Shown here piece by piece: positions 49,327 to 59,472 of a stretch of DNA of 64,000 bases. Position numbers and translations under genes: made by a program. The notes beneath the pieces are model-generated. The model saw nothing but the letters and a program-made list of their open reading frames with translations. It searched no databases and was not told where the DNA came from. Position 1 is the first letter of the stretch. The number at the start of each line of letters is the position of its first letter. The stretch is from an uncultured Candidatus Saccharibacteria bacterium. Lineage in GTDB: Bacteria > Patescibacteriota > Saccharimonadia > Saccharimonadales > CAIOMD01. Location: the NCBI GenBank assembly GCA_903859365.1, contig CAIOMD010000013.1, forward strand, positions 1,081-65,080. The letters are read 5' to 3'.

Positions 49327-49785
49327 CTAGCTTATTGAGTCTATGGTGTAGAAACTTGTTTCAGCCGGAGTAACAATCTCCACTTTTTCACCTACTTTTT
49401 TTCCAATCAGGGCCTTACCAATTGGTGATTCATCGCTAATTTTACCATTCATAGGGTCTGCCTCAACCGTTCCAACTATTTGAAATTTTTTGGTCTTACT
49501 GCCACCACTAAGCGAAACAGTTGAGCCCAAACCGACTAGTTTTCCATTTTTTGGTGCTTTAATAAGTTCTACGTTCAATAAAATATGGTCAATATCCGTG
49601 ATTCTGTTTTCGTTTCGTTCTTGTTCCGATCTCGCTGATGCGTATTCAGCGTTTTCGCTCAGATCACCAAGCTCTCTGGCGGATCTAATTCTTTCAGTAA
49701 TTGCACCGCGCTCAGATATCAGCTTTTCCATTTCAAGCCTAAGTTCATCGATACCGTCTTGCGTTAATTTAAATAATTTCTTCAT
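49327..49785 (-). CDS. greA: Transcription elongation factor GreA
   Basis: LT..G, GDLSENAEY, ISDESPIGKAL; start taken at MKKLF. Confidence 0.96.
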   Translation of the reverse strand: MKKLFKLTQDGIDELRLEMEKLISERGAITERIRSARELGDLSENAEYASARSEQERNENRITDIDHILLNVELIKAPKNGKLVGLGSTVSLSGGSKTKKFQIVGTVEADPMNGKISDESPIGKALIGKKVGEKVEIVTPAETSFYTIDSIS

Positions 49786-49855
49786 AATTTCCTCTTGAAT
49801 AATTTGGTTATATCCCCATCTCAATAACTTGATTGTAAGTATACTTCAATTGAGC

Positions 49856-51106
49856 TTATCTTGCCAGTAAGTTTAGGAGTTCATCGATGGTAAGATTATT
49901 TGCTTCTTGCTGATCTCGTCTTTTAACTTCATACTCATTAGCCTTAGTAGTATTTTGACTAATTACTATTCTGTAAGGAAAGCCATATAAGTCAGCATCA
50001 CTAAATTTCTCACCTGGACGAGCATCTCTATCGTCCCAAAATACTTCAACATTATTCTTGATCAATATATCGTAAAGCCGCTTTGCAGCGTCGAGGACCA
50101 CCTTATCCTGACCTAACTGGGCTAGATATACTTTATATGGTGCTATTGATTCAGGCCACACCATTCCCTTCTCGTCTGAGAATAATTCTACAATAACTCC
50201 CATAAGTCTCGTGATGCCTATTCCGTAAGATCCAAGTACGACGTACTCTTCTTTACCTTCTTTGTTAGTAAATTTTAAATCAAGTTGTTTGGACTTGGCT
50301 GTTCCGAAACTAAATATATTTCCTACTTCAGCAGTTTTTACCTTTTTTAGGGTTTTCTTATTGAGTGATAATCGAGAAATAATTTCGTCGTTATATACTT
50401 CTTCGTTTATAGCTAATTTTTTGCTTTCATCGAGATACACAATATCCTCTCCCGCGTCTGTAATAGTCTGAAATTCATGGCTAAATTCCGTGAAAGCACC
50501 GCCTGAAGCGTATGTGAGATACGTTTTGTCACCAACCCCTAATCTATCAAAAATTTTCAAATAAGCTTGCGTAACCTTATCATAGATTTTTTGATGCTCT
50601 TCATCAGAATGGGCATAAGTATACATGTCCTTCATTACGAATTCCCGGCCTCGCATTATGCCACTTTTAGCCCTTAGTTCGTTACGAAGTTTGGTTTGGA
50701 ATTGATACATAGATTGAGGAAGATCTTTGTAGCTATGTACAAAGTTTCGCATCATATTTGTTATCTGTTCTTCATGAGACCAACCAAAGCCTACTTCAGT
50801 TCCATTTTTAAGAGCAGATTTGAACCAAATGTCTACTTTTTCGTCATCCCAACGATCTGTCTTTTCCCACAATTCCTTTTGTTGCAATGAGGTCATTATT
50901 ATTTCTTGACCGTCAATTGCATTCATCTCTTCCCTAACGATTGCTTTTATTTTCTCAATAACTCTGAGGCCAAGCGGAAGATAGGCGTACACCCCTGCCA
51001 TTTCTTTGGAAATAAATCCAGCTCTTAATAGTAGCTGAGCATTTTTTGAAGTTTCGTCTGAAGGAATTTCTTTAGTGCTATGGGTAAAGAGTTGTGTTGC
51101 TTTCAT
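49856..51106 (-). CDS. proS: Proline--tRNA ligase (short, no INS editing domain)
   Basis: LLLRAGFI, HEE, QTKLRNELR, RGREFVMKD, EVGNIF, GSYGIGITR; start taken at MKATQ. Confidence 0.95.
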   Translation of the reverse strand: MKATQLFTHSTKEIPSDETSKNAQLLLRAGFISKEMAGVYAYLPLGLRVIEKIKAIVREEMNAIDGQEIIMTSLQQKELWEKTDRWDDEKVDIWFKSALKNGTEVGFGWSHEEQITNMMRNFVHSYKDLPQSMYQFQTKLRNELRAKSGIMRGREFVMKDMYTYAHSDEEHQKIYDKVTQAYLKIFDRLGVGDKTYLTYASGGAFTEFSHEFQTITDAGEDIVYLDESKKLAINEEVYNDEIISRLSLNKKTLKKVKTAEVGNIFSFGTAKSKQLDLKFTNKEGKEEYVVLGSYGIGITRLMGVIVELFSDEKGMVWPESIAPYKVYLAQLGQDKVVLDAAKRLYDILIKNNVEVFWDDRDARPGEKFSDADLYGFPYRIVISQNTTKANEYEVKRRDQQEANNLTIDELLNLLAR

Positions 51107-51122
51107 TAATAAATTGTAACAG

Positions 51123-51866
51123 TTACCTTGTCGCAAATAAAAAGATTGTTGCGAAGGCTATAAAATTTTTTGCAGCGTGCAGAAAGACACACATCCAAAG
51201 ATTTTTAGTTTTTTCTAAAAGTGCTATCAAAACGAGCGAGAGAACAAATACGTCTACACTGACATTCCATTGAAAGTGAAACAACGCAAATATAAAACTT
51301 GTAAGCAGCGCGGAAAAAATTTTAGGCCATTTGGATGAAAGTCCCTTATATAAAAAACCACGAAATACAATTTCTTCAGCAATTGGTGGTACGATAACCA
51401 AACCAATGAACGCAAGGCCAATTTGCCAACCTGCTGCGGCAGCGTACCCAACATCCTGTTTTTGGTTTGAATTAAACCCAGGAATAAATGAAGCCACATA
51501 AAGCACTATGGCGACAATAAAAATGTAGCTAATTATAGCCAAAAGGAGCCAGCCAAAATCACTAAATTTTATTTTCTTGAAACCTAAATCTCGAAGACTA
51601 CTTTTTCTTTTTTTAAGAAATATGATTATTACAGATAAAAGACCTAGGGCAGAAAATCCCGTCAATAACAACCCTATCCATGGAGAATTATCGATATAAT
51701 CTGAAAACTTGATTGAATTATCTAAATGTATTTTGCTTATCAAATATAGAGGAATTATTAAAATAAGTTGAGAAAAAATATAGGCTGCAATCGTGATGAA
51801 TATGGCTGCTGTCGGCCCCCAGCCAACTTTTTTGTTTTTTAACTGCTTGATTCCCACTTCTTGCAT
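51123..51866 (-). CDS. CPBP (CAAX/Abi) intramembrane metalloprotease
   Basis: EEIVFRG, FALFH, HAAKN. Confidence 0.92.
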   Translation of the reverse strand: MQEVGIKQLKNKKVGWGPTAAIFITIAAYIFSQLILIIPLYLISKIHLDNSIKFSDYIDNSPWIGLLLTGFSALGLLSVIIIFLKKRKSSLRDLGFKKIKFSDFGWLLLAIISYIFIVAIVLYVASFIPGFNSNQKQDVGYAAAAGWQIGLAFIGLVIVPPIAEEIVFRGFLYKGLSSKWPKIFSALLTSFIFALFHFQWNVSVDVFVLSLVLIALLEKTKNLWMCVFLHAAKNFIAFATIFLFATR

Positions 51867-51875
51867 CTTTAATCT

Positions 51876-53033
51876 CTAATAAAATCTCTTAATATCCACA
51901 ATTGCAATCACAACAAAAAGAATCATCAAAATCGCAAAACCTGTCCCATGTATTCTGTCTTCAGTTTTTGGAAGAAGAGGTTTTTTAATAATTTTAAAGA
52001 GCACTAGCAAAAAAGCTCTGCCTCCATCAAGGGCAGGAATAGGAAGTGCATTCATTATCGCGAGCGTCAGGCTTAACAAGCCTACGATGAATAATATAAA
52101 TTGATAGCCAAGTACGGACCCTCTACTAAGTAATGCGTATACACCAATTGGTCCTGTCACATTTTGGCTTGCTTGACTCGCTTGACTCTTTGCTTGGGTT
52201 CCGTGACCAATCACAAATAATCCAATGGAAGAACCTAGATGTGCTAATGTCGTTCCAAGCCCAACAATTGTTAGTTTAATAATCTGAAGTGACAATCCGA
52301 TTGCAACAATCGGAGATGACCAAGTGGATTTTACCAGCGTATAGTCAGTAGTTTCTATTCCTAGGTATCCTTTTGGGTTATTTGATTTAAGGCTATCTGC
52401 CACTGTCTGAGCAGACAAAAGTTGGACCTTTGACGTGATTAACGTTCCTTTTCGTATAAAGGTAATATCTACCGTTTTACCTGCATTTGTTTTAGTAAGT
52501 ACTCTGAGCTGATCTTGAGAAGCAACTGATGTTCCATTGAGAGATTTAATATTATCAGATATTTTTAAACCTGCCTTATCAGCAGGAGACCCTTTATCAA
52601 TAAAATTAATCAGAGCCTCCGATTTGGACACCTTAGTGTCACTGGCAACCGTAAACTGGTTATTTATTAATTTTGGCATCCCAAAAAAGGCAACAATGGT
52701 GAGAATTATAAATGCTGCGACTAAGTTCATAGCAACGCCGGCCAACATTATTTTTAATTTTGCTTTACTAGACGCGAGTTTAAAGCTACCTTTTTCGTTG
52801 TCATCTCCATTTTCACCTTTTAGTTTTACGAAACCTCCCAGTGGAAGCAAATTAATCGTATAATAACCCTCGAAAATACCCTTCCCAAGCCTCTTCCCCC
52901 ATATTTTTGGAGGAAAACCAATTCCAAATTCCTCAACATCAACACCATTTCTTTTGGCAACCAAAAAATGCCCATATTCATGCACAATTATGAGAAAAAT
53001 AAAAAGAATAATCCCCGTTATAATTAAAAACAT
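51876..53033 (-). CDS. rseP: RseP-like site-2 protease (M50) with PDZ domain
   Basis: HEYGH, GGFV, AGVAMN, NALPIPALDGG. Confidence 0.92.
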   Translation of the reverse strand: MFLIITGIILFIFLIIVHEYGHFLVAKRNGVDVEEFGIGFPPKIWGKRLGKGIFEGYYTINLLPLGGFVKLKGENGDDNEKGSFKLASSKAKLKIMLAGVAMNLVAAFIILTIVAFFGMPKLINNQFTVASDTKVSKSEALINFIDKGSPADKAGLKISDNIKSLNGTSVASQDQLRVLTKTNAGKTVDITFIRKGTLITSKVQLLSAQTVADSLKSNNPKGYLGIETTDYTLVKSTWSSPIVAIGLSLQIIKLTIVGLGTTLAHLGSSIGLFVIGHGTQAKSQASQASQNVTGPIGVYALLSRGSVLGYQFILFIVGLLSLTLAIMNALPIPALDGGRAFLLVLFKIIKKPLLPKTEDRIHGTGFAILMILFVVIAIVDIKRFY

Positions 53034-53046
53034 CTACATCATCCCC

Positions 53047-53742
53047 CTATTTACCGTATCTTCTTTGACGCGAGTTATAAAAATCTATCGCATCATCTAA
53101 ATCAGCATTCTTAAAATCTGGCCAAAACAGTTCAGTGAAATATAGCTCGCTGTAGGCAATTCGCCATAACATGAAATTGCTAATTCTCTGCTCACCCGAT
53201 GTACGTATCACTAGATCAAGTGGAGGTACATTATCTGCACCATACAATGCACTAGTAATACTTTCAATAGTCACCTTTTCGCCGAGCTTTATAATCTTAT
53301 TTACAGATTCAACAATTTCGGTATGTCCGCCATAGTTAACGCATAAATTAAAGCTACCGTTTGTATTATTTTTAGTAAGCTCTTCAGCATCCCTAAGCTG
53401 TTTAACAATTTTACTATTCATTTTTTCAGTTGTTCCCAACCAATTAAAACGAACACCTCTTTTGTGAAATTTTTTTATTTCATTTTTTAGCATTTTACTC
53501 AAAAAAGCAAAAATGAAGGCGACCTCATCTTTATCTCTTGACCAGTTTTCTGTCGAGAAAGCGTACACTGTTAAATTTTTTATACCCTTATCTAGTGCAT
53601 AGTCACCTATTGATTGCAAAATACTAAAACCTTTCCGATGGCCCTCAAGGGTCGGTAGGTTATTTTTTTTTGCCCATCTTCTGTTTCCATCCATTATGAT
53701 GCCAACATGATTAGGAAGAGTATCGGAGGATTCTTGCTGCAT
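53047..53742 (-). CDS. uppS: Undecaprenyl diphosphate synthase
   Basis: HVGIIMDGNRRW, YAFSTENW, RTSGEQRISNF, WPDF. Confidence 0.96.
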   Translation of the reverse strand: MQQESSDTLPNHVGIIMDGNRRWAKKNNLPTLEGHRKGFSILQSIGDYALDKGIKNLTVYAFSTENWSRDKDEVAFIFAFLSKMLKNEIKKFHKRGVRFNWLGTTEKMNSKIVKQLRDAEELTKNNTNGSFNLCVNYGGHTEIVESVNKIIKLGEKVTIESITSALYGADNVPPLDLVIRTSGEQRISNFMLWRIAYSELYFTELFWPDFKNADLDDAIDFYNSRQRRYGK

Positions 53743-53747
53743 ATAAA

Positions 53748-54311
53748 TTAAATGGTCATTATTTCTTGTTCTTTGATTTTCGCAACAGCCTCAATTTCAT
53801 TTTTTGTTTTAGCCATTAAATCCTCAACCTGTTTAGTGCTTCGAGTTAAATCATCTTCACTTATTTGCTTATCATTTTTCATTTCTTTTAATGAATCCAG
53901 AGTCTCGTGACGAATACCTCTACAAGAAATTAATGCATTCTCGATTTTTTCTTTTAGTTGCTTAACAATTTCCTGTCTTCTTTCAGTTGTAAGAGGCGGA
54001 ATAGGAATTCTAATAATTCTTCCATCATCACTAGGATTCATTCCCAGCGAAGGGTTATTTCTAATAGTGTCTGAAATGACCGAGAGATTTGTGGGGTCAA
54101 ATGGACTTACCTGCAGTAATTGAGCTTCTGGGGTTGTTATGGTGGCCAACTGATTAAGAGGCATTTGAGTTCCATAGGCAACCACTAGAACACTATCTAA
54201 CTGACTTGGATGAGCCCTTCCAGTTCTAATTTTTTTCAAATCTTCAGCGAAATGACTTACGACGTTTGAAAACTTTGCTTTTGATCCATCAATAATTTGA
54301 CTCTGGTTCAT
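53748..54311 (-). CDS. frr: Ribosome recycling factor
   Basis: IRTGRA, NPSDDG, PPLTTERR. Confidence 0.96.
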   Translation of the reverse strand: MNQSQIIDGSKAKFSNVVSHFAEDLKKIRTGRAHPSQLDSVLVVAYGTQMPLNQLATITTPEAQLLQVSPFDPTNLSVISDTIRNNPSLGMNPSDDGRIIRIPIPPLTTERRQEIVKQLKEKIENALISCRGIRHETLDSLKEMKNDKQISEDDLTRSTKQVEDLMAKTKNEIEAVAKIKEQEIMTI

Positions 54312-54345
54312 AATTTCCCTTTTTACTACTAGTCAGTATACAACA

Positions 54346-54371
54346 ATAAAACGAGCAGACACTCGTTTTAT
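54346..54371 (-). terminator. Hairpin after tsf (probable terminator)
   Basis: ATAAAACGAG/CTCGTTTTAT perfect 10-bp stem. Confidence 0.55.
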
Positions 54372-54399
54372 GTAGATATTTTTTTATTATTTAAAAAGT

Positions 54400-54996
54400 T
54401 TAGAGTACTTCACCAAGTGCCATACGATTAAATCGCTTGACTACAATATTTTCACCTAAAATAGCAATATTGTTTTTAATGTAATCACCGACACTAACTT
54501 CTTGATTCTTAATGAAAGGTTGCTCCAGAAGACATCGTTCAGCAAGTGCTTTTGCAAGCATGCCTTCAACGATTTGTGGAATCATTTTTGCGGGTTTTCC
54601 ATCTTTTGCTACTTTTTCCTCAAATTCTTTCTTAAGTGAAGATACTACTTCTTTTGGGACATTTTCTTGAGAAATAAATTCAGGGGCGCTTGCAGCAATA
54701 TGCATTGAAATATCTTTTACGAGCTCTGTGAACTTTTCGTTCCGTGCAACAAAGTCTGTTTCGCAGTTGACCTCAACAAGCACACCAATTCGACTATCAT
54801 GAACATAACTCCCAATGACTCCACTCCGAGCCTCTCTTTCACCGCGCTTGTCAGCCTTAGTCATACCTTTTTTTCGCATCGCTTCAAGCGCTTTGTCAAA
54901 ATCACCGTCCGTATCTACCAGTGCATGTTTAGCATCAGTTATACCCACTCCGGTTAGCTCTCTCAGCCTCTTGATAGTTTCTAAATCTATTTTCAT
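54400..54996 (-). CDS. tsf: Elongation factor Ts (short form)
   Basis: LRELTGVG, EVNCETDFVARN, LLEQPFIK, GENI. Confidence 0.96.
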   Translation of the reverse strand: MKIDLETIKRLRELTGVGITDAKHALVDTDGDFDKALEAMRKKGMTKADKRGEREARSGVIGSYVHDSRIGVLVEVNCETDFVARNEKFTELVKDISMHIAASAPEFISQENVPKEVVSSLKKEFEEKVAKDGKPAKMIPQIVEGMLAKALAERCLLEQPFIKNQEVSVGDYIKNNIAILGENIVVKRFNRMALGEVL

Positions 54997-55016
54997 AATT
55001 CTAAATTCCTTTTTTA

Positions 55017-55763
55017 TTATTTTTTTACTTCAGCTTTTTTACTAACTTCTGATGTTTCAGCTTTTTTAGCACGTCGTTCTTTTCCTGATTGAACTGCAGT
55101 ATTCACGTATTGGCATGCTAATGCGATAGTTCGAATAGCATCATCATTACAAGCGATTGGATAAGTGATCTTGCTTGGGTCGGCATTAGTATCGACGAGG
55201 GCAACAATGGGAATTCCTAAGCGTATCGCTTCTTTAACGGCATTATCTTCCTCAAGGATATCGACAACAAACAAAGCGCCAGGGCGACCTTGTAATTCTT
55301 TTATACCTCCGAAGATGACGTTCATTTCGTCAATTTGTTCTTGGAACCGCTGCACTTCCAGCTTATTGTATTTTGCTGAAAGTTCACCAGAAGCCATCTT
55401 AGCTTCAAGATCTTTTAACTTCTTTATGCGAACGTTAATAGTTGATGAATTAGTCAACATACCGCCGAGCCATCGCTCAACTACGTACGGTTGGTTGACT
55501 GCTATTGCCGCTTCCCTTAAAACATCTTTTGCCTGTCTCTTAGTACCAACAAAAAGAACCTGCTGACCTCGTGCGACAATCTCTTCTATAAAACTAAGTG
55601 CTTCATCAAACTGTTCAACAGTTTTCTCAAGATTAATAATGTGGTTTTCACCTCTTTTGCTGTGAATAAACGGTGCCATTTTTGGATGCCATCGACTTGT
55701 CTTGTGGCCAAAATGAGCTCCTGCTTCAAGCAGCGCCTTTATATCTACTTTTGTACTAGCCAT
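55017..55763 (-). CDS. rpsB: 30S ribosomal protein uS2
   Basis: LLEAGAHFGH, WHPKM, FVGTK, RWLGGMLTN, DTNADP; start taken at MASTK with AAGGA RBS. Confidence 0.97.
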   Translation of the reverse strand: MASTKVDIKALLEAGAHFGHKTSRWHPKMAPFIHSKRGENHIINLEKTVEQFDEALSFIEEIVARGQQVLFVGTKRQAKDVLREAAIAVNQPYVVERWLGGMLTNSSTINVRIKKLKDLEAKMASGELSAKYNKLEVQRFQEQIDEMNVIFGGIKELQGRPGALFVVDILEEDNAVKEAIRLGIPIVALVDTNADPSKITYPIACNDDAIRTIALACQYVNTAVQSGKERRAKKAETSEVSKKAEVKK

Positions 55764-55896
55764 TATCCTTTTTCTCCCTTCGCCTTCTATTTTTTGCCCC
55801 AAGCGGGGAGGATAAACATAGAAGGTTGATTCATTAAAATTATTTTGTAAGTAAATAGTAACAGATTGAACTTGTTTTGTCTACTCTGTTATATGA

Positions 55897-55925
55897 TTGA
55901 CGATAAAGAGATTCCAATGTATAAT
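55897..55925 (+). promoter_or_regulatory. Sigma70 promoter TTGACG-17-TATAAT for rpmE
   Basis: Near-consensus hexamers, 17-nt spacer. Confidence 0.75.
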
Positions 55926-56014
55926 TAAAATCAAATGAGACAATAAAAACTGACTGCGATTGCTCGTCGCTAACCAGGGTTTCAAAATAACCTAAATGAG
56001 CATAAGGATTTATA

Positions 56015-56344
56015 GTGAAAAAAGAAATTCATCCATCAGATTACAGACCTGTAGTTTTTGAAGATCTCGGCAATGGCTTCAGAGTTTTAACAAAATCTAC
56101 AATCAAATCAGAAGAAACCACCAAATGGGAAGACGGTAACGAATACCCTCTTGTTAAAGTACATATTAGTAGTAGTACACACCCCTTCTTTACGGGCCAA
56201 GAAAAGCTTCTTGACATGGAAGGTCGAGTTGATAGATTTAAGGCTCGCGCAGAAGCTGGAGCTAAAGCCAAAGCAGCAAAACAACTCAAGCCTAAGACTA
56301 AAAAAGCATCTGTTAAAAAAGAAAAACAAGAACAAACAGTTTAA
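56015..56344 (+). CDS. rpmE: 50S ribosomal protein bL31, type B (Cys-free), Lys-rich tail
   Basis: [27 protein letters not shown] start with TAAGGA RBS. Confidence 0.95.
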   Translation: MKKEIHPSDYRPVVFEDLGNGFRVLTKSTIKSEETTKWEDGNEYPLVKVHISSSTHPFFTGQEKLLDMEGRVDRFKARAEAGAKAKAAKQLKPKTKKASVKKEKQEQTV

Positions 56345-56364
56345 GAAATTTAAATCGACTTTTG

Positions 56365-56389
56365 CAGCACAGTTTAACTGTGCTGTTTT
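56365..56389 (+). terminator. Intrinsic terminator after rpmE
   Basis: CAGCACAGT/ACTGTGCTG stem followed by TTTT. Confidence 0.7.
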
Positions 56390-56412
56390 AGTAAAAAAGG
56401 TACAATGAAGAT

Positions 56413-57468
56413 ATGGAAAGCAAGTTACAGGTACTCGCACAAGAATTACAAGAGATAGAGGTTTCTTTATCTGATCCTTCAATTTTTAGTAGCCCTAACT
56501 ACCCTAAACTTGCTAAACGAAAAAATTTTATAGAAAATACACTCGCTATTTCAAAAAAAATAGAAATTATGAAACATCAATTAATTGGTGCTCAGTCTAT
56601 GATCGGTGGCGACAAAGAGTTAGATGAATTAGCCCAACTGGAAATCAAAGAACTTGAAGAACATATTCAAATTAGTTCTGAGCAACTAAATGAAGCACTA
56701 ACCCCGAGCGACCCAAACAATAATAAGGATGCAATCATTGAAATTAGAGCTGGTGCTGGTGGTGATGAGTCAAGTATTTTTAGCGGTGAAGTTTTTCGTA
56801 TGTATAGCCGCTACGCCGAACTTCACAACTTCAAAATAGAACTAATCAGTGAAACTGCTAGTGAAGTTGGAGGATTTAAAGAAATTATTTTTGTTATCAG
56901 GGGCGATGATGCTTATAAGACTTTCAAATTCGAAGCTGGTGTTCATAGAGTGCAACGCGTGCCTTCAACTGAAAGCCAAGGAAGAATTCACACAAGCACC
57001 ATTACTGTCGCCGTTTTACCAGAAGCAGAGGAAACTGATGTTGAAATTAATCAATCTGATTTACGCGTAGATGTTTATAGAGCCAGCGGGCATGGCGGGC
57101 AAAGCGTAAACACTACTGATAGTGCCGTAAGAATTACCCACATCCCTTCTGGGCTCGTAGTTACTTGCCAAGATGAGAAATCCCAGCTAAAAAATAAGGA
57201 TAAAGCTATGGGTGTACTTCGAGCGCGATTACTTCAAATGAAGATTGATGAAGAGCAAAAAAATATGAGCGAATCTCGTAGAAAACTTATTGGGAGCGGT
57301 GATAGAAGTGAAAAGATTAGGACATATAACTTCCCTCAGGATAGGATTACTGATCACAGAATTGGCTTCTCCCGCTCTAATATTCCAGCTGCGTTAACTG
57401 GGGATATTCAAGATTTGTTCGATGCCCTACAGGACTATGATAAGCATCTTATTAATGAAACTGAATAA
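56413..57468 (+). CDS. prfA: Peptide chain release factor 1
   Basis: [10 protein letters not shown], PxT motif (RVPSTE), [15 protein letters not shown]. Confidence 0.97.
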   Translation: MESKLQVLAQELQEIEVSLSDPSIFSSPNYPKLAKRKNFIENTLAISKKIEIMKHQLIGAQSMIGGDKELDELAQLEIKELEEHIQISSEQLNEALTPSDPNNNKDAIIEIRAGAGGDESSIFSGEVFRMYSRYAELHNFKIELISETASEVGGFKEIIFVIRGDDAYKTFKFEAGVHRVQRVPSTESQGRIHTSTITVAVLPEAEETDVEINQSDLRVDVYRASGHGGQSVNTTDSAVRITHIPSGLVVTCQDEKSQLKNKDKAMGVLRARLLQMKIDEEQKNMSESRRKLIGSGDRSEKIRTYNFPQDRITDHRIGFSRSNIPAALTGDIQDLFDALQDYDKHLINETE

Positions 57469-58270
57469 AAAAAATTATAACGAGTGGCTTTTAGAGGCAA
57501 GAAAAAAACTCACGAAAGCAGGTATCCCTTCTGCAAATCTAGATGCCATATTATTACTCGAACATGTAGTAAAAAAAAATATAGAAACGATTTTAACCTA
57601 TCCAGAAACACTACTAGATAGATTTCAAATTAATAAACTTGAAAAACTACTCAAAAAAAGATTGCGACATGCCCCTATTGCTTATTTGGTTAATAAGAAA
57701 GAGTTTTATGGTAGGGAGTTTTATGTAAATAATAATGTGTTAATTCCTCGTCCAGAGACAGAAAGTTTCATATCGTTACTTGAAAAGCTATCTTTTGAAA
57801 AAAAACAAAAATTAATTGATCTCGGTACAGGCAGCGGTATCCTTGCTGTTACAGTCAAATCCCTGCATCCCGACTGGGATGTAACTGCAATTGATATTTC
57901 GAAAAAAGCGTTAAAGGTTGCTCGGTATAACGCAAAAAGAATAGGGGTAGAAATAAATTTTAAAAAATCCAATCTTTTTAATTCAATTGATAATAATTTT
58001 GATATTGTAATCGCTAATCTTCCCTACGTCCCCACGAAACTTCCTGTTCTTAATGAGGTAAAAAAAGAGCCCCAAGTTGCTATTTTTTCAGGTAAAGATG
58101 GCCTCAATCTTTATCGCAATCTCTTCAAGAGTTCATTTAAAAAAGATTCGTTTTTATTTCTTGAATCACTTGTTTCGCAACAAAAAAACATTAACTTATT
58201 AGCGGATAAAAATGGTTTTAAAGCAATTGCCCAAGAGGGTCTCGTGAGCGTATTTAAAAAAACTAAATAG
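57455..58270 (+). CDS. prmC: Release factor glutamine methyltransferase
   Basis: [25 protein letters not shown]; follows prfA. Confidence 0.93.
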   Translation: MKLNKKNYNEWLLEARKKLTKAGIPSANLDAILLLEHVVKKNIETILTYPETLLDRFQINKLEKLLKKRLRHAPIAYLVNKKEFYGREFYVNNNVLIPRPETESFISLLEKLSFEKKQKLIDLGTGSGILAVTVKSLHPDWDVTAIDISKKALKVARYNAKRIGVEINFKKSNLFNSIDNNFDIVIANLPYVPTKLPVLNEVKKEPQVAIFSGKDGLNLYRNLFKSSFKKDSFLFLESLVSQQKNINLLADKNGFKAIAQEGLVSVFKKTK

Positions 58271-59012
58271 ACTTATCTTGCCAGTCGCCTACGATGATAA
58301 TTATAAAGACGACTACTGCCATAAGGCCGATAAGTTGATTCTTCAACACTGGTTTAAGTCTTTCGTTGTGATCAAGGTAGTAAAGCGTTGCAATGCCATA
58401 TCCTAAAATAGTTAAAAGAATGGCGATTTGAGGAAATTGGAAATACTGTATAACCCAGTGGCCTAAAATCCATGCCATAACTCCACCAAACCAAGCCCAT
58501 ATTTCACTAATAACTTTTATCATTGGTTCATCAAATGCACCTAAGAAATGTCGTGAGGCTGCATAACAAATGATCCACGTAACGAGAACTATGGTTATTA
58601 AAGAGGCGCTTGGGAATGAACGGTAAAATGCCACTAATGTAACAGCCTGCGACACTAGGGCCTGACTCATTACTGCAACCGGATTAGATTTCTGTTTTAG
58701 CCACACAAGCCAAATAATATAAAATATCATCCATACTAGCTGAGTAATCAATCTACTTGTTCCGCTCATGAACGCTACTGTGGATAATCCTATAAATATA
58801 TCTACCAAATTGCTTCTGACGATTGCCACCCAGTAGCGCGGCTTTACGGAAAACATTCTCCATTTTGATAGACCAATAAGAATCACTGCCACATATTCAA
58901 AATTCAAGCGAATTAAGATAAGCATCGCTATAGGCAAAAAAGTATTAAGACCTAAATGGAGTGCATTGGCGATTCCAGAAGCGGGTTTAATTTTATAAAA
59001 AATTTTCTTCAT
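58263..59012 (-). CDS. Hypothetical polytopic membrane protein
   Basis: 249-aa ORF with about 8 hydrophobic segments; SKWRMF.VKPRYW motif. Confidence 0.8.
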   Translation of the reverse strand: MKKIFYKIKPASGIANALHLGLNTFLPIAMLILIRLNFEYVAVILIGLSKWRMFSVKPRYWVAIVRSNLVDIFIGLSTVAFMSGTSRLITQLVWMIFYIIWLVWLKQKSNPVAVMSQALVSQAVTLVAFYRSFPSASLITIVLVTWIICYAASRHFLGAFDEPMIKVISEIWAWFGGVMAWILGHWVIQYFQFPQIAILLTILGYGIATLYYLDHNERLKPVLKNQLIGLMAVVVFIIIIVGDWQDKSI

Positions 59013-59084
59013 TATGTTTGAATTAAATTAATAACTTAATTTCTAATCAATAATACATTTTATAAGCTTAAATTAAAATGCTCG

Positions 59085-59405
59085 TCATAAATTAATTAGA
59101 ACAATAAGAAGAAGAATCAGAAAAAGAATAGATACTAATATAATCTTTGGTTTTTTTAATACAAAGTGAGCGCTGCTTTTTTTGTTCTTAATGACAACCT
59201 TTCGTGGAACTATTTGTTGCTCTATACCCTTCACGGTTCTTCTTCTGAAACCATCTTCCCTTACAAAATTATCAACTTTGTCGTGAATATTTTTTTTGTG
59301 ATCTGACCCTGTCACTGGTTGTCGGGTACCGTAAGTCCCAAAATGAGATTGTCGATGCCCAGGTATGTTCTTATTATTTTTGTGACTGTTTTGTTGTTTT
59401 TTCAT
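59085..59405 (-). CDS. Small basic protein ending in a TM helix (possibly truncated)
   Basis: 106-aa ORF, basic low-complexity N-terminus, stops immediately after a hydrophobic helix. Confidence 0.5.
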   Translation of the reverse strand: MKKQQNSHKNNKNIPGHRQSHFGTYGTRQPVTGSDHKKNIHDKVDNFVREDGFRRRTVKGIEQQIVPRKVVIKNKKSSAHFVLKKPKIILVSILFLILLLIVLINL

Positions 59406-59472
59406 AATAAACTGCTACTTTATTTTACCAATGTTTATGGAAAATGTCCTCCTTTCGTGTACAATTGGTTAT

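Noticed and set aside
58779..58787. DnaA box TGTGGATAA
   Set aside because: Isolated and inside a coding sequence; likely chance
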